From the NCBI GenBank assembly GCA_963725745.1, contig CAVRZS010000005.1, positions 1,583,276-1,647,275 on the forward strand: a DNA stretch of 64,000 nt, written 5' to 3'. The DNA is from an uncultured Chloroflexia bacterium (GTDB taxonomy: Bacteria; Chloroflexota; Limnocylindria; Limnocylindrales; CSP1-4). This document shows, piece by piece, positions 19,430 to 28,907 of the stretch. Under the pieces are notes generated by a model that saw only the letters and a list, made by a program, of their open reading frames with translations, ran no database searches and had not been told where the DNA came from. Each line of letters begins with the position of its first letter. Within the stretch, counting starts at the first letter, position 1. The position numbers and the translations under genes were made by a program.

Positions 19430-19858
19430 TTAGGTCCGGTGGTCCGTCGTCACCTCGCGGAGGCGTCCGGCGACGACCCGCAGCACCGACAGCGCGAGCC
19501 CCGGCTCCTCGCGCAGCACCCGCTCGAAGTCCCACGATGCGATGGCCAGGCATCGGGTCGGCCCCTCGGCCGCGACCTGGGCGACCCGTGGCCCGCCGTC
19601 GAGGACGGACAGCTCCCCGAAGAACTCGCCGGGCCCCAGCCTCGCGAGGACATCGCCGTCCCGGCTGACCCGGACCATGCCCTCGACGACGACGAAGAAC
19701 CCCGTCCCGATCTCGCCCTGCCGTGCGATGACCCGGTCGGCCGGAAAGTCGACCTCTACGGCGGCCGCGGACAGCGCCGCGAGCCCAGCCATGTCGGTCC
19801 CCTTGAACAGGGGGCAGCCGCCGATCAGCGCCGTGCGCCGGTCCTGGGTCAGGGTCAT
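19430..19858 (-). CDS. Cyclic-nucleotide-binding (CNB/CAP-effector) domain protein, stand-alone (142 aa)
   Basis: CNB fold motifs (GEIGTGFFVVVEGMVRV...GPGEFFGELSVLDG...RCLAIASWDFERV). ATG with GGAGGA SD. 27 nt upstream of cyclase paralog B. Confidence 0.75.
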   Translation of the reverse strand: MTLTQDRRTALIGGCPLFKGTDMAGLAALSAAAVEVDFPADRVIARQGEIGTGFFVVVEGMVRVSRDGDVLARLGPGEFFGELSVLDGGPRVAQVAAEGPTRCLAIASWDFERVLREEPGLALSVLRVVAGRLREVTTDHRT

Positions 19859-20090
19859 CGATCCTCCGCCTTGGGTGGGAAGGTCATGGTGCGCCGCCTC
19901 CGAGTTCGACGTCAACGGAATGGCGAGCGGCGGCGGGTGCCCCCGCTCGCATGCCAACCATCCGCGCGGAAGGCGGTGACGCGCCGCGCCGTCGCCGGGG
20001 CGCGGGGTGGCATAGCATTCGACGGACGGGGAGTGGCGGCGACCGGCCCAGGCCAGGGCGCCGAGCAGGAACGACGGAGGCAGGGGTCGC

Positions 20091-20513
20091 ATGGCCACTC
20101 GCGAGGAGATCGCCGACATCCTGGCGGGGTTCACCCTGTTCGGGGATCTGCAGACGCCGCAGCTGCTCGGGGTCGCGGGCGTGTTCGAGGAGGTCCTGTT
20201 CCCTGCCGGCGAGCGGATCCTGCGCCAGGGGCTGACCGGGTCGGGGTTCTACGTGATCCTCGACGGCACGGCCGACGTCCGGATCGACGGCCAGCAGCGG
20301 GCGACGCTCGGCCGTGGCGACTTCTTCGGTGAGGTCTCGATCCTCCTCGGCGAGCCGCCGACCGCGGATGTCGTCGCCTCGACGCCGTTGCGCTGCATCC
20401 AGATCGCCGGTCCCGAGGTGCAGGGCTTCCTCGTCGACCAGCCGCGAGTCATGTTCCGGATGCTCCAGGCCCAGGCGCGGCGACTCCGCAACGCGAACCG
20501 CTGGCGGAGCTGA
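20091..20513 (+). CDS. Cyclic-nucleotide-binding domain protein, stand-alone (140 aa), divergent from the first
   Basis: CNB motifs (GLTGSGFYVILDGTADV...GRGDFFGEVSILLGEP...). ATG with GGAGG SD. Confidence 0.8.
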   Translation: MATREEIADILAGFTLFGDLQTPQLLGVAGVFEEVLFPAGERILRQGLTGSGFYVILDGTADVRIDGQQRATLGRGDFFGEVSILLGEPPTADVVASTPLRCIQIAGPEVQGFLVDQPRVMFRMLQAQARRLRNANRWRS

Positions 20514-20518
20514 GCCCC

Positions 20519-22030
20519 GTGGATCCCGACGCGCGTCCCTTTCCGCCGGGGGAATACCCCGTCATCGTGATCGGCAGCGGCCCCGGCGGGCTGCAGATCT
20601 CCTACGGCCTCAAGCACTACGGCGTGCCGCACGCGGTGCTGTCGGCCGATCCGTCGCCCGGTGGCATGTTCCGCCGCTGGCCGTTCTTCCAGCGCCTGCT
20701 GTCGTGGACCAAGCCCTATGCCCCCGAGGTCGCGACGGCCCGCGAGTACCAGCGCTACGACTGGAACAGCCTGATCGCGTTCGAGCCGGAGCTCCGCTCG
20801 CTGCAGGCGGGCTTCATGGACGGGTCGTCGTACTTTCCCTCGCGCCCCGAGATGGAGGCGAGCCTCGCGTCGTTCGCCGACAAGGCGGGCCTCGCCATCC
20901 GCTACGACTGCCGCTGGGACCGCACCCGGCGCGAGGACGGCCCCGACGGTCCGATCTTCACTCTCGAGACGACCGATGGCGAGTACCGCTGCGGGACGCT
21001 CGTCCTCGCCGTCGGCATCGCGCAGCCGTGGACACCCAACCAGCCCGGCATCGAGCATGCGCGCCACTACGCGGAGACGCGCGAGGCGTCCTCGTATGCC
21101 GGCAAGCGGCTGTTCATCATCGGCAAGCAGAACTCGGGCTTCGAGCTGGCGTCCGGCCTCGCCGCCTGGGCCTCGAAGATCACGGTGGCGTCACCGTCGC
21201 CCGCCAAGACGTCGGTCCAGACGAAGTCGCTGGTCGGCGTCCGGGCGCGCTACGTGCAGCCGTTCGAGGACAACTACCTGGGTCTCGGGGTCTCGATCCT
21301 CGACGCCTCCATCGACGCGATCGAGCACATCGACGAGGCCTACCGGGTGCGGCTCAAGCGGACCGACAACGGGGAGCCGATGAGCGTCGATGCCGACGAG
21401 GTCATCGCGGCCACCGGCTTCACCTGTCCGCTCCAGGACCTGACCGATCTCGGCGTCACGACCTTCGGCCAGGCCAAGCTGCCGGCGGTGACGCCGATGT
21501 GGGAGTCGGCCACGGTGCCCGGCATCTTCTTCGGAGGAACGGTCAGCTCGGCGGCTCCGGGGCTCAAGAAGCACGGCATCCCGGCCTACTCGGGTGCCGT
21601 GCAGGGCCACCGCTACAACGGCCTGATCCTCGCCCGCCACATTGCGCAGACGCGGTTCGGGGTCGCGATGGAGCGGCCGGCGCTGGCCGCCGGCGACGTC
21701 GTGCCATACCTGCTGCGCGAGGCGACCTGCGCCCCGGAGCTGTGGCACCAGAAGGCCTACCTCGGGCGGGTCGTGTCGGTGTCCGCGGACGACGGCATCC
21801 GCGACGAGGGAATCCTGCCCGTCGTCCAGGCGCTCGACGGCATGACCCAGGACATCGTGGTCATGACGATCGAGGCCGATGGGGCCGGGGCCCTCTACCC
21901 GGTGGTGTACTGCCGCCGCGATGGGCGCCTGGCCGAGCACGCGCTGCCCGGTCATCCACTGCTCGATTTCGCGACCAGCACGCACGCGGACGCGCTCCAG
22001 GCGGCCATCGGGGATTTGATCCCGGGCTGA
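20519..22030 (+). CDS. FAD/NAD(P)-binding oxidoreductase (flavin-monooxygenase-like)
   Basis: N-terminal GSGPGG dinucleotide-binding motif and second GKQNSG motif. 503 aa. Lies 6 nt after the CNB gene. Confidence 0.8.
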   Translation: MDPDARPFPPGEYPVIVIGSGPGGLQISYGLKHYGVPHAVLSADPSPGGMFRRWPFFQRLLSWTKPYAPEVATAREYQRYDWNSLIAFEPELRSLQAGFMDGSSYFPSRPEMEASLASFADKAGLAIRYDCRWDRTRREDGPDGPIFTLETTDGEYRCGTLVLAVGIAQPWTPNQPGIEHARHYAETREASSYAGKRLFIIGKQNSGFELASGLAAWASKITVASPSPAKTSVQTKSLVGVRARYVQPFEDNYLGLGVSILDASIDAIEHIDEAYRVRLKRTDNGEPMSVDADEVIAATGFTCPLQDLTDLGVTTFGQAKLPAVTPMWESATVPGIFFGGTVSSAAPGLKKHGIPAYSGAVQGHRYNGLILARHIAQTRFGVAMERPALAAGDVVPYLLREATCAPELWHQKAYLGRVVSVSADDGIRDEGILPVVQALDGMTQDIVVMTIEADGAGALYPVVYCRRDGRLAEHALPGHPLLDFATSTHADALQAAIGDLIPG

Positions 22031-22132
22031 GCGGCTGTCGGCTGATTGACACGCCGGCCGATAGCCGTCACGGACTAATTGCCATATGCGTAGCCCTTTA
22101 CGGCTAACTCACCATCGAGTAGGCTCGCCCGG

Positions 22133-22837
22133 ATGACTGACCCGCTCGCCGGGACCGTCCTGTTCGGCGACGTCGTCGCCTCGCGGCGGGACCCCGGCTC
22201 CACCGCCTGGCTGCGCGCGCTGTGCGCCGACCTCGACGCCGCCTATCCGCGTGCCGAGCGGCTGGCTCCGTTCGCGTTCACGCAGGGCGACGAGGTCCAG
22301 GGCCTGCTGGCGCCCGGCGTCGATCCGTTCGGTGCCGTTCTCCGGGCGGCGCTCGAGCCGGACGCCCGGACGCTGCGCTGGGCCGTCGTGGCGGGCGAGG
22401 TCGATCCGGGGACGGGACCCGCGACCGAGCGCAACGGCGTCGCGTTCGTGGTCGCCCGCGAGGCGATCGCGCGTGCCCGGGCGCACCGAGAGGGCCTGGT
22501 CGTCATCACGGGGGACGCGGAAACCGACGGCCGGTTGGCGGACCTCGGGCCGCTGCTGGCGGCATTGCTCGCGGATCTCACCGACCGCCAGCGCGAGGTC
22601 GCCCGCCTGATCATCCTCGACGACCTGCGGCGGTCCGAGGCCGCGGATCACCTCAACGTGAGCCGGGCGACGGTCTCCGTCATCGCCGACCGGGCGCGCG
22701 TGCGCCATCTCCAGGGCCTGGCACGGGTGCTGTCGTCGCTGTTCGCCGAGGGCGCCACTAAGGCGGAGGTCGCCGGGAAGACCGCCACGGCGCCCGCCAC
22801 GACGGCCGACGCCGGCGCCTCGGGGAGTGCGGCGTGA
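22133..22837 (+). CDS. SatD-family protein (sigma-70 region-4-like HTH at C-terminus)
   Basis: C-terminal LTDRQREVARLIILDDLRRSEAADHLNVSRATVSVIADRARVRHLQ resembles ECF-sigma region 4. Next gene overlaps by GTGA. Confidence 0.7.
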   Translation: MTDPLAGTVLFGDVVASRRDPGSTAWLRALCADLDAAYPRAERLAPFAFTQGDEVQGLLAPGVDPFGAVLRAALEPDARTLRWAVVAGEVDPGTGPATERNGVAFVVAREAIARARAHREGLVVITGDAETDGRLADLGPLLAALLADLTDRQREVARLIILDDLRRSEAADHLNVSRATVSVIADRARVRHLQGLARVLSSLFAEGATKAEVAGKTATAPATTADAGASGSAA

Positions 22838-23886
22838 CCGACACCGTCCTCGTCCTGACCTGGCTCGTGTTCGCGCACCTGATCGCGGACTTCGTGCTCC
22901 AGGACGACTGGATCGCGATGAACAAGGCGACCGGCGGGAGCGAGGGCTGGCGGGCGCTCGGCGTGCACGGGCTGCACGTCGGCCTGTGCCTGGTGCCGGC
23001 CGTATTCGCGTTCGGCCTCCGCGGCCTCGTCTACCTCGCCGTCGTCACCGTGACCCACATGATCGTCGATCGCTGGAAGGTCCAGGCGACCCGCCGTGCC
23101 GAGGCCGAGGCCCAGGCCCAGGCGCGCGCGCGGATGGAGCGGACCGGGCAGTCGCAGGCCTCCGGGCTGGGGGCCGCCTGGACCCCGTGGCCGGGCATCC
23201 TGTTCCTCGCGGACCAGGTCCTCCACCTCACGATCGCGATCGTCGGCTGGCTCGTCATCCTCGCGGGTGCCGCGCTGCTGCCGGGCTTCGTCGACGTCGT
23301 CAACCGCATCCTCGGCACGTGGGACCGGACGACCGTCAACGCGGTGATCCTGACCAGCCTCGTGATCGTGTCGCTGTTCATCGTGAACACGCGCGCGGCC
23401 TATTACTTCGTGCTCGCGCTGGTGTCGCCGCGCGAGCTCGCTCCCGACCCATCCGCGCCCGAGCCCGAGGCCCCTCGCCCGGCGCCCGCCGGGTACACGG
23501 TCCGCGTCGGACCGCTGGTCGCGACGGTCGAGCCGCTGAGCGTCGAACCGGGCACGGGTCCGGACGACGAGGACGGGACCGTCGTCGCGGACCCGACACC
23601 CGCGCCCGCCCCGAAACCGCCGACATCGGTCGCCGTCCCGAGCGGGGCACCGGCGCGCATCGGCGCGACCATCGGCGCCCTCGAGCGGCTGCTGATCGTG
23701 GCGTTCATGCTGACCGGCGCCGAGGCCGCCGTCGGGTTCGTGATCGCCGCCAAGACCATCGCGCGCTTCAAGCAGCTCGACGACCGGGGATTCGCCGAGT
23801 ACTACCTGCTCGGGACGCTCGCCAGCGTGGCCGTCGCCATCAGCAGCTCGCTGGTGGCCCTCGGGGCGCTGGGCTCGCTGGGCTGA
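22834..23886 (+). CDS. DUF3307-family integral membrane protein
   Basis: N-terminal LVFAHLIADFVLQDDW motif. Multiple TM helices flanking a Pro/Ala-rich spacer. Conserved SatD partner. Confidence 0.7.
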   Translation: MTDTVLVLTWLVFAHLIADFVLQDDWIAMNKATGGSEGWRALGVHGLHVGLCLVPAVFAFGLRGLVYLAVVTVTHMIVDRWKVQATRRAEAEAQAQARARMERTGQSQASGLGAAWTPWPGILFLADQVLHLTIAIVGWLVILAGAALLPGFVDVVNRILGTWDRTTVNAVILTSLVIVSLFIVNTRAAYYFVLALVSPRELAPDPSAPEPEAPRPAPAGYTVRVGPLVATVEPLSVEPGTGPDDEDGTVVADPTPAPAPKPPTSVAVPSGAPARIGATIGALERLLIVAFMLTGAEAAVGFVIAAKTIARFKQLDDRGFAEYYLLGTLASVAVAISSSLVALGALGSLG

Positions 23887-23890
23887 GAAG

Positions 23891-25998
23891 CTAGACGAGC
23901 CGGCGCGGGATGCGCTCCCGCCACTCGCGCTCGAAGAACGGCTCGTCGTCCAGCCGGACGTCCAGCCGGACGCGCACGTCGAACGACTCGGCGTCCGACT
24001 CGATGCCGCCCACGGCCCGGATGCCGACGGCCGCGCCGTCCCCGGTCCAGCGATAGACGACGTCGCTCGCGAGGCTGGCGTGCGCGGGATCGGCGTCCGA
24101 GGCGGTCAGGACCAGGTGCTCCGATGCGTACAGCCGCGAGCCGTCCTCGTTGACGGTCGCCCCGCCGTCGAAGATCGTCACCCCGACCGTCCCGCCGAGC
24201 ACGTCCTCCTCGATCCGCCAGACGGGCTCGTCCCCCTCGTGGCTGCCGACGTCCCGCAGGCCGGCGGGCGTCGTCCGCAACGCCGGTGGCTCGGGCTCGG
24301 CCACGGCGGGGCCAAGGACCGGCAGGATCAGGCGGCTCTGGGTGAGCCAGCCGCCGTAGAACACGCACAGGTCGCCCGGGAACGGCGACGGCCACAGCAC
24401 GGGCCACAGGCTCGTGAGGATCGTGACCCGGATCCGGTTCCCGGCCGTGAACCGGTAGCCCGAGGCACGAAGGGGAATGCGGACCTCCTCGACGCGGTCG
24501 CGCGTCGTCGGCACGGGCGAGGGCTCCGTGTCGGATCGCCGGTGGGTGAGATTGAGCGCGCCCTGGGCGACCAGTGACGACACGCCGGCGGGGGACACCT
24601 CGGACAGGCGCACCACGCACGTTGCGACCGGCATCGTGGCCCGCAGGTACAGGACGAGCTCCGGGACGCCGATGACCGACACGTCTTCGCCCAGCTCCGG
24701 CGTCGTGAACGTGAGGCCACGCCGCTCATCCGGCCGCAGGTCGCGGGCGAGGCCGTTGGGCGGCCAGCCCGCGCCCCACGACAGGGACCCGGAGGTGCCG
24801 ACCGTGGCCTGGTGGCGCAGCAGCTCCATGCGACCAGAGTCGTCGTGCTCCCGGTCGGGGTCGCCGGCCGGACCCCCGCGACCAGCCGCCGCTCCTCGCC
24901 CAGAACCGGGTCTGCCGTCAGCCACAGCTCGAGCGGCAGCGTGCCGGGCACGGGAACCGCGTCGGCGGCCCGCCAGCGCCCCGGCCATGCCTTCGGGAAC
25001 GGTTCGGGATCGGCCCAGGACCGCTCGAACCAGGTGACGGCCGGCTCATGCTCCCAGCCGTTGTCGACGTCCTTGAGGTAGCGGTCGAAGAAGCGGACGA
25101 GCTCGTGCAGCCAGTCGATGTTCGGCCCCGGGTAGGCGTCGTCCGGGAACGAGTGAACCCAGTTGCCGACGAGTGTGCGGCGCTCGGCCTTGACGCACCG
25201 CTCCTGCATCCGGAACGCGGCGTCGACATAGGCGTCGCTCCAGCCGGCGATCTGGAACATCGCACACTCGATGGCGTCGTAGTCCGGCGCCAGCGAGCCG
25301 CGGCGCCAGTACGGGCCATCGAGCTGCTCGCGGATCCAGGGGAACAGCCAGGGTGGGGTGCGCTCGAGACGGTCGCGCCACTCGTCTCGCCAGCCCTCGC
25401 CGCGGAACGACGGCCGCGGCGGCATCGCGTTCATCCCCAGCTGACTCACGGCGTACTGGCTCTTGTCGCTGGCCGTCACGCAGCCGCCGCGGATGTGCAC
25501 GTCGTCGCGGTAGCGGTCGTCGGTGGCGTACATGGGCAGGATCGCGCGCAGGTGGGGTGGGCGCAGCTTCGCGACCTGGATCGAGGTGAAGCCGCCATAG
25601 CTGATGCCCCACATGCCGACGCTGCCGCTGCACCATGGCTGCGCGGCCAGCCACTCCACGGCGTCGATGCCGTCGAGCGTCTCGGCGTCGGTGTACTCGT
25701 CCATGGCGATGCCGGGCGAGCTGCCGGTCCCGCGGACGTCGAGCCGGCACAGGGCGAACCCGCGTGCGGCGAGCCACTCGCCGAAGGCGGTGTCCCAGTT
25801 GCGGCGCCAGTTGTCCTTGCCGTACGGAATCATCTCGAGGATGACGGGAAACCGCTCCGCCGCGGCGTCGTCGCGCGGGAGAGGCCGCCAGATGTTCGCG
25901 GACAGCTCGATGCCGTCGCGGGCCGGGATCCGGACGTCCCAGTGGACCTCGTGGTCGTGGATGGGCTGGCTCGCCGAGGGCGCCTGTTCGTCGGTCAC
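23891..25998 (-). pseudogene. CocE/NonD-family hydrolase (X-Pro dipeptidyl-peptidase S15-like), interrupted by a 1-nt frameshift near 24870
   Basis: N-terminal alpha/beta-hydrolase part (GMWGISYGG nucleophile elbow) is in the 24328..27165 frame. The C-terminal beta-sandwich domain is in the 23891..24988 frame. The switch is at a C5/G5 run. Start GTG (VTDEQAP). Confidence 0.8.
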
Positions 25999-26027
25999 GG
26001 GGCCGAGGATACGGGGAGCGAGCGGTG

Positions 26028-27044
26028 CTACGGCGAGCCGAGCGTCCCCGTGAAGTAGTCGACCAGGCGGGACTCGTACTCGTCGGGGTGCTCGAGGACG
26101 GACCGGGTGTGGTCGGCGCCCGGGACGAGCCAGAACACGCGCAGGTCGACGCCGGCGGCCTTCGCCGCGTCGCGCAGCTGCTCGGCGTAGTGCGGGCTGA
26201 GCTGCGTGTCGGCAGCCCCGTGGACGATGGCCAGCGGCCGGCCGGCGTAGTTGGGGATCTCCATCAGCGGGCCCCGCGCCGTGAGGTCGTCGCCCGCTAC
26301 CACCCGGGCCGCCATCTCGCCGCCGGGCGCCAGGAACGTCGGATACCCCTTGCGCGCGAGGTAGTCGCGGATGGCCTCGTCCATGTCCGCGAACGACGAA
26401 TCCTCCCACACCGCCCGCACGCGCGGCTCCTCGCCGCCGGCGTCCACGGTCGTCGCGGCCCCGAACGACATCCCCACGATCCCGATCCGATCCTGTGCCA
26501 CGCCCTGGGCCACCAGCCAGTCCCAGCCGCCGAGGACATCGAGGTACTCCTCGGTGCCAGCCGCGAACCGCAGGTCCTCGTCGTCGCTGTCGCCGTGGTC
26601 CCGGAGGTCCATCAGCAGCACGCCGAACCCGTGGCGATGGAGCATCCCGGCGGGCATGAGCACGTTCTCGTCGCGACGGCAGCTGCCGACGCCGTGGACC
26701 AGGATCACGCTCGGGCCGTCGGGCGTGCGCCCGGGGATCCACCACGCACGGAGGACGAGGTTCGGAATGTTCGGATCGCGAGAGTGGAACTCGACGTCCG
26801 TCGGCGCGGGCATCGCGTAGCGGTCCGTCACCGCCTCGTCGACGCCGGCCGCGGTGAACTGCTCGGGCGTGTCGGCCGCGTCGCTCGGATGGCAGGTGCC
26901 GGACACCGCCGACAGGGTGTCGTACACCGCGTAGCTCGCGACCAGGTAGGCGAGCAGCAGGAACGACCCGAGGAGCAGGACGGCGAACAGGAGCGGCCAC
27001 AGCCGCCGCCTCCGCTCCTCGCCCTCGACCGCGATGTTGCGCAT
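26028..27044 (-). CDS. Membrane-anchored alpha/beta hydrolase (S9/dienelactone-hydrolase-like)
   Basis: N-terminal TM helix. GMSFGA nucleophile elbow. C-terminal His/Asp region. Confidence 0.8.
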   Translation of the reverse strand: MRNIAVEGEERRRRLWPLLFAVLLLGSFLLLAYLVASYAVYDTLSAVSGTCHPSDAADTPEQFTAAGVDEAVTDRYAMPAPTDVEFHSRDPNIPNLVLRAWWIPGRTPDGPSVILVHGVGSCRRDENVLMPAGMLHRHGFGVLLMDLRDHGDSDDEDLRFAAGTEEYLDVLGGWDWLVAQGVAQDRIGIVGMSFGAATTVDAGGEEPRVRAVWEDSSFADMDEAIRDYLARKGYPTFLAPGGEMAARVVAGDDLTARGPLMEIPNYAGRPLAIVHGAADTQLSPHYAEQLRDAAKAAGVDLRVFWLVPGADHTRSVLEHPDEYESRLVDYFTGTLGSP

Positions 27045-27133
27045 GCGGTTCAGCCCACCCTCTGGCCGGCGCCCCGGACGCCCCGCTCACGATACGCGGT
27101 GCACCGACGCACCGAACGACGCCCGCGCCGAGC

Positions 27134-27793
27134 GTGATGGTGCGTCGGGACGCCGGATGCGCCACGTTGTCCCTCGCATCGAAGTGCGTGGGTCGCTACC
27201 GTTGCGGGGTGCAGTCGACCGCCCGATCCAGCAAGCAGCCGGTCGAGGTCGGTCCGTGGCGGCGCCGATCGCGCGACGTCGCCTATTCGAACCCGTGGAT
27301 CGAGGTCTTCCACGACGAGGTCGACCGGCCCGACGGCAGCCCCGGTATCTACGGCGTCGTCCACTTCCGATTCTCCGCGGTCGGCATCGTTGCCGTCGCG
27401 GACGACGGGCGCCTGCTGCTGGTCGGACAGCACCGCTACGCGATCGACGACTACAGCTGGGAGCTTCCGGAAGGCGGGGTGGTCGAGGGCGAATCGCTGC
27501 TCGAGGGCGCTCGGCGTGAGCTCCGCGAGGAGACGGGCTTCGGCGCCACCGACTGGCGACAGCTGTGCCGGATCAGCGTGTCCAACTCGGTGACCGACGA
27601 GCTTGGCGCGATCTTCGTCGCCACCGGGCTCCAAGCGGGCCTGGCGACGCCCGACGCGACCGAGGAGCTCGCGTTGCGCTGGGCGACGTTGGACGAGGTG
27701 CTGGCGGAGATCGCCGCCGGTGATATCCACGACCTGATCACGATCGCGGGCGTCGGCGCGTTCGCGGCCGGCTCGGCCCGGTCGGAACGATGA
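27134..27793 (+). CDS. NUDIX hydrolase (ADP-ribose pyrophosphatase-like)
   Basis: Nudix box GGVVEGESLLEGARRELREETG. The true start is probably an internal GTG around 27200-27245. Confidence 0.75.
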   Translation: MMVRRDAGCATLSLASKCVGRYRCGVQSTARSSKQPVEVGPWRRRSRDVAYSNPWIEVFHDEVDRPDGSPGIYGVVHFRFSAVGIVAVADDGRLLLVGQHRYAIDDYSWELPEGGVVEGESLLEGARRELREETGFGATDWRQLCRISVSNSVTDELGAIFVATGLQAGLATPDATEELALRWATLDEVLAEIAAGDIHDLITIAGVGAFAAGSARSER

Positions 27794-28464
27794 CGGCGGT
27801 CACGGTGCTCCGTGTGTTCAGCGCTGCCGATGGCCGCGGCGGCAACCCGCTCGGCGTCGTGGTCGAAGGCCGTGCCGTGCCGTCCGGACGACGGCAGGCG
27901 GTCGCGGCCGAGCTCGGCTACTCGGAGACCGTGTTCGTCGATGACGCGACCACGGGCGAGATCCGGATCTTCACCCCGGCGGCCGAGCTTCCGTTCGCCG
28001 GCCACCCCACCGTCGGCACGGGCTGGCTGCTCCGCGGCCTCGGGCACGACGGCTCGGTCCTGCACTGCCCAGCAGGCGACGTCGCGACCTGGCAGGACGG
28101 CGACCTGTCGTGGATCCGCGCCCGGCCCGCGTGGGTGCACCCGATCACGGTCGCCGAGCTGCCGTCGGCCGCAGCGGTCGAGGCGCTGGCCGGGCCGCCG
28201 CCGGGCGACGGCTCGTATTACGCGTGGGCGTGGATCGACGAGCCGGCGGGCCTGCTCCGATCGCGCTACTTCGTGCCCGACTACGGCATCGGCGAGGACG
28301 AGGCGACGGGCGCGGCCGCCGTGATGATGGGCGGGCTGCTGGGGCGGCCGTTGGAGATCCGCCAGGGCGTCGGGTCCGTCCTGTACGTGCTGCCGGGACC
28401 CGACGGGACGGTCGAGGTCGGCGGACGCGTGGACGCGCTCGGCGAGCGCGAGACGGCGGCCTAG
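27790..28464 (+). CDS. PhzF-family isomerase-like protein (short)
   Basis: N-terminal FSAADGRGGNPLGVVV matches the PhzF/DAP-epimerase-like signature. ATGA overlap with the NUDIX gene. Confidence 0.65.
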   Translation: MTAVTVLRVFSAADGRGGNPLGVVVEGRAVPSGRRQAVAAELGYSETVFVDDATTGEIRIFTPAAELPFAGHPTVGTGWLLRGLGHDGSVLHCPAGDVATWQDGDLSWIRARPAWVHPITVAELPSAAAVEALAGPPPGDGSYYAWAWIDEPAGLLRSRYFVPDYGIGEDEATGAAAVMMGGLLGRPLEIRQGVGSVLYVLPGPDGTVEVGGRVDALGERETAA

Positions 28465-28467
28465 CCG

Positions 28468-28827
28468 ATGGGCGAGACCGTGGACGACGCCGTGCGGACC
28501 ACCGGACCGAGTCCGGCCGCGTTCCACTACGGGCCGGCGCACCTGATCATGCATGGCAACGACGCCTTCATGGCCATCTTCGGCCGCGGATCGCTGGGCA
28601 TGCCGGCCCGCGAGGTGATGACCGAGCTCCCGCGGGCGGCCTTCGACCTGATGGATCGCGTCTACCGCGAGGGCCGCCCGCTGGCGCGGCGCCTGGCGCT
28701 GCCCGCGGGCGAGCACCGCCTCGTCGTCGTCCCTCGCACGGATCCCGAGACCGGCGAGGTCTACGGCGTCACGACCCACCTGCGGCTCCAGGCTCCGCCG
28801 ATCGTCCACGAGACAGGACGCGGTTGA
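28468..28827 (+). CDS. Hypothetical protein (119 aa)
   Basis: ORF directly after the PhzF-like gene. GC3-biased. No recognised domain. Confidence 0.4.
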   Translation: MGETVDDAVRTTGPSPAAFHYGPAHLIMHGNDAFMAIFGRGSLGMPAREVMTELPRAAFDLMDRVYREGRPLARRLALPAGEHRLVVVPRTDPETGEVYGVTTHLRLQAPPIVHETGRG

Positions 28828-28907
28828 GGGCCGGCTCGCCGAGGGGCTAGCATCGGCGCGGCCGGTCGAGGGCCGCCGGCCTCCATCCCGCCCGAGGACA
28901 TCCGTCG

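Noticed and set aside
13987-19858. Calling the CNB + cyclase cluster a Pycsar or CBASS defence system outright
   Set aside because: The CNB proteins are domain-only (about 140 aa) with no TIR, TM or nuclease effector. The cyclases are the mycobacterial signalling type fused to STAND/TPR. The resemblance is architectural logic only, so it is reported as a hypothesis, not a call.
19859-20090. Possible CRP/cAMP-receptor binding palindrome (GTGAC-N10-GTCGC) in the divergent promoter between the two CNB genes
   Set aside because: The half-sites are not true inverted repeats and do not match TGTGA-N6-TCACA. I could not substantiate it by eye.
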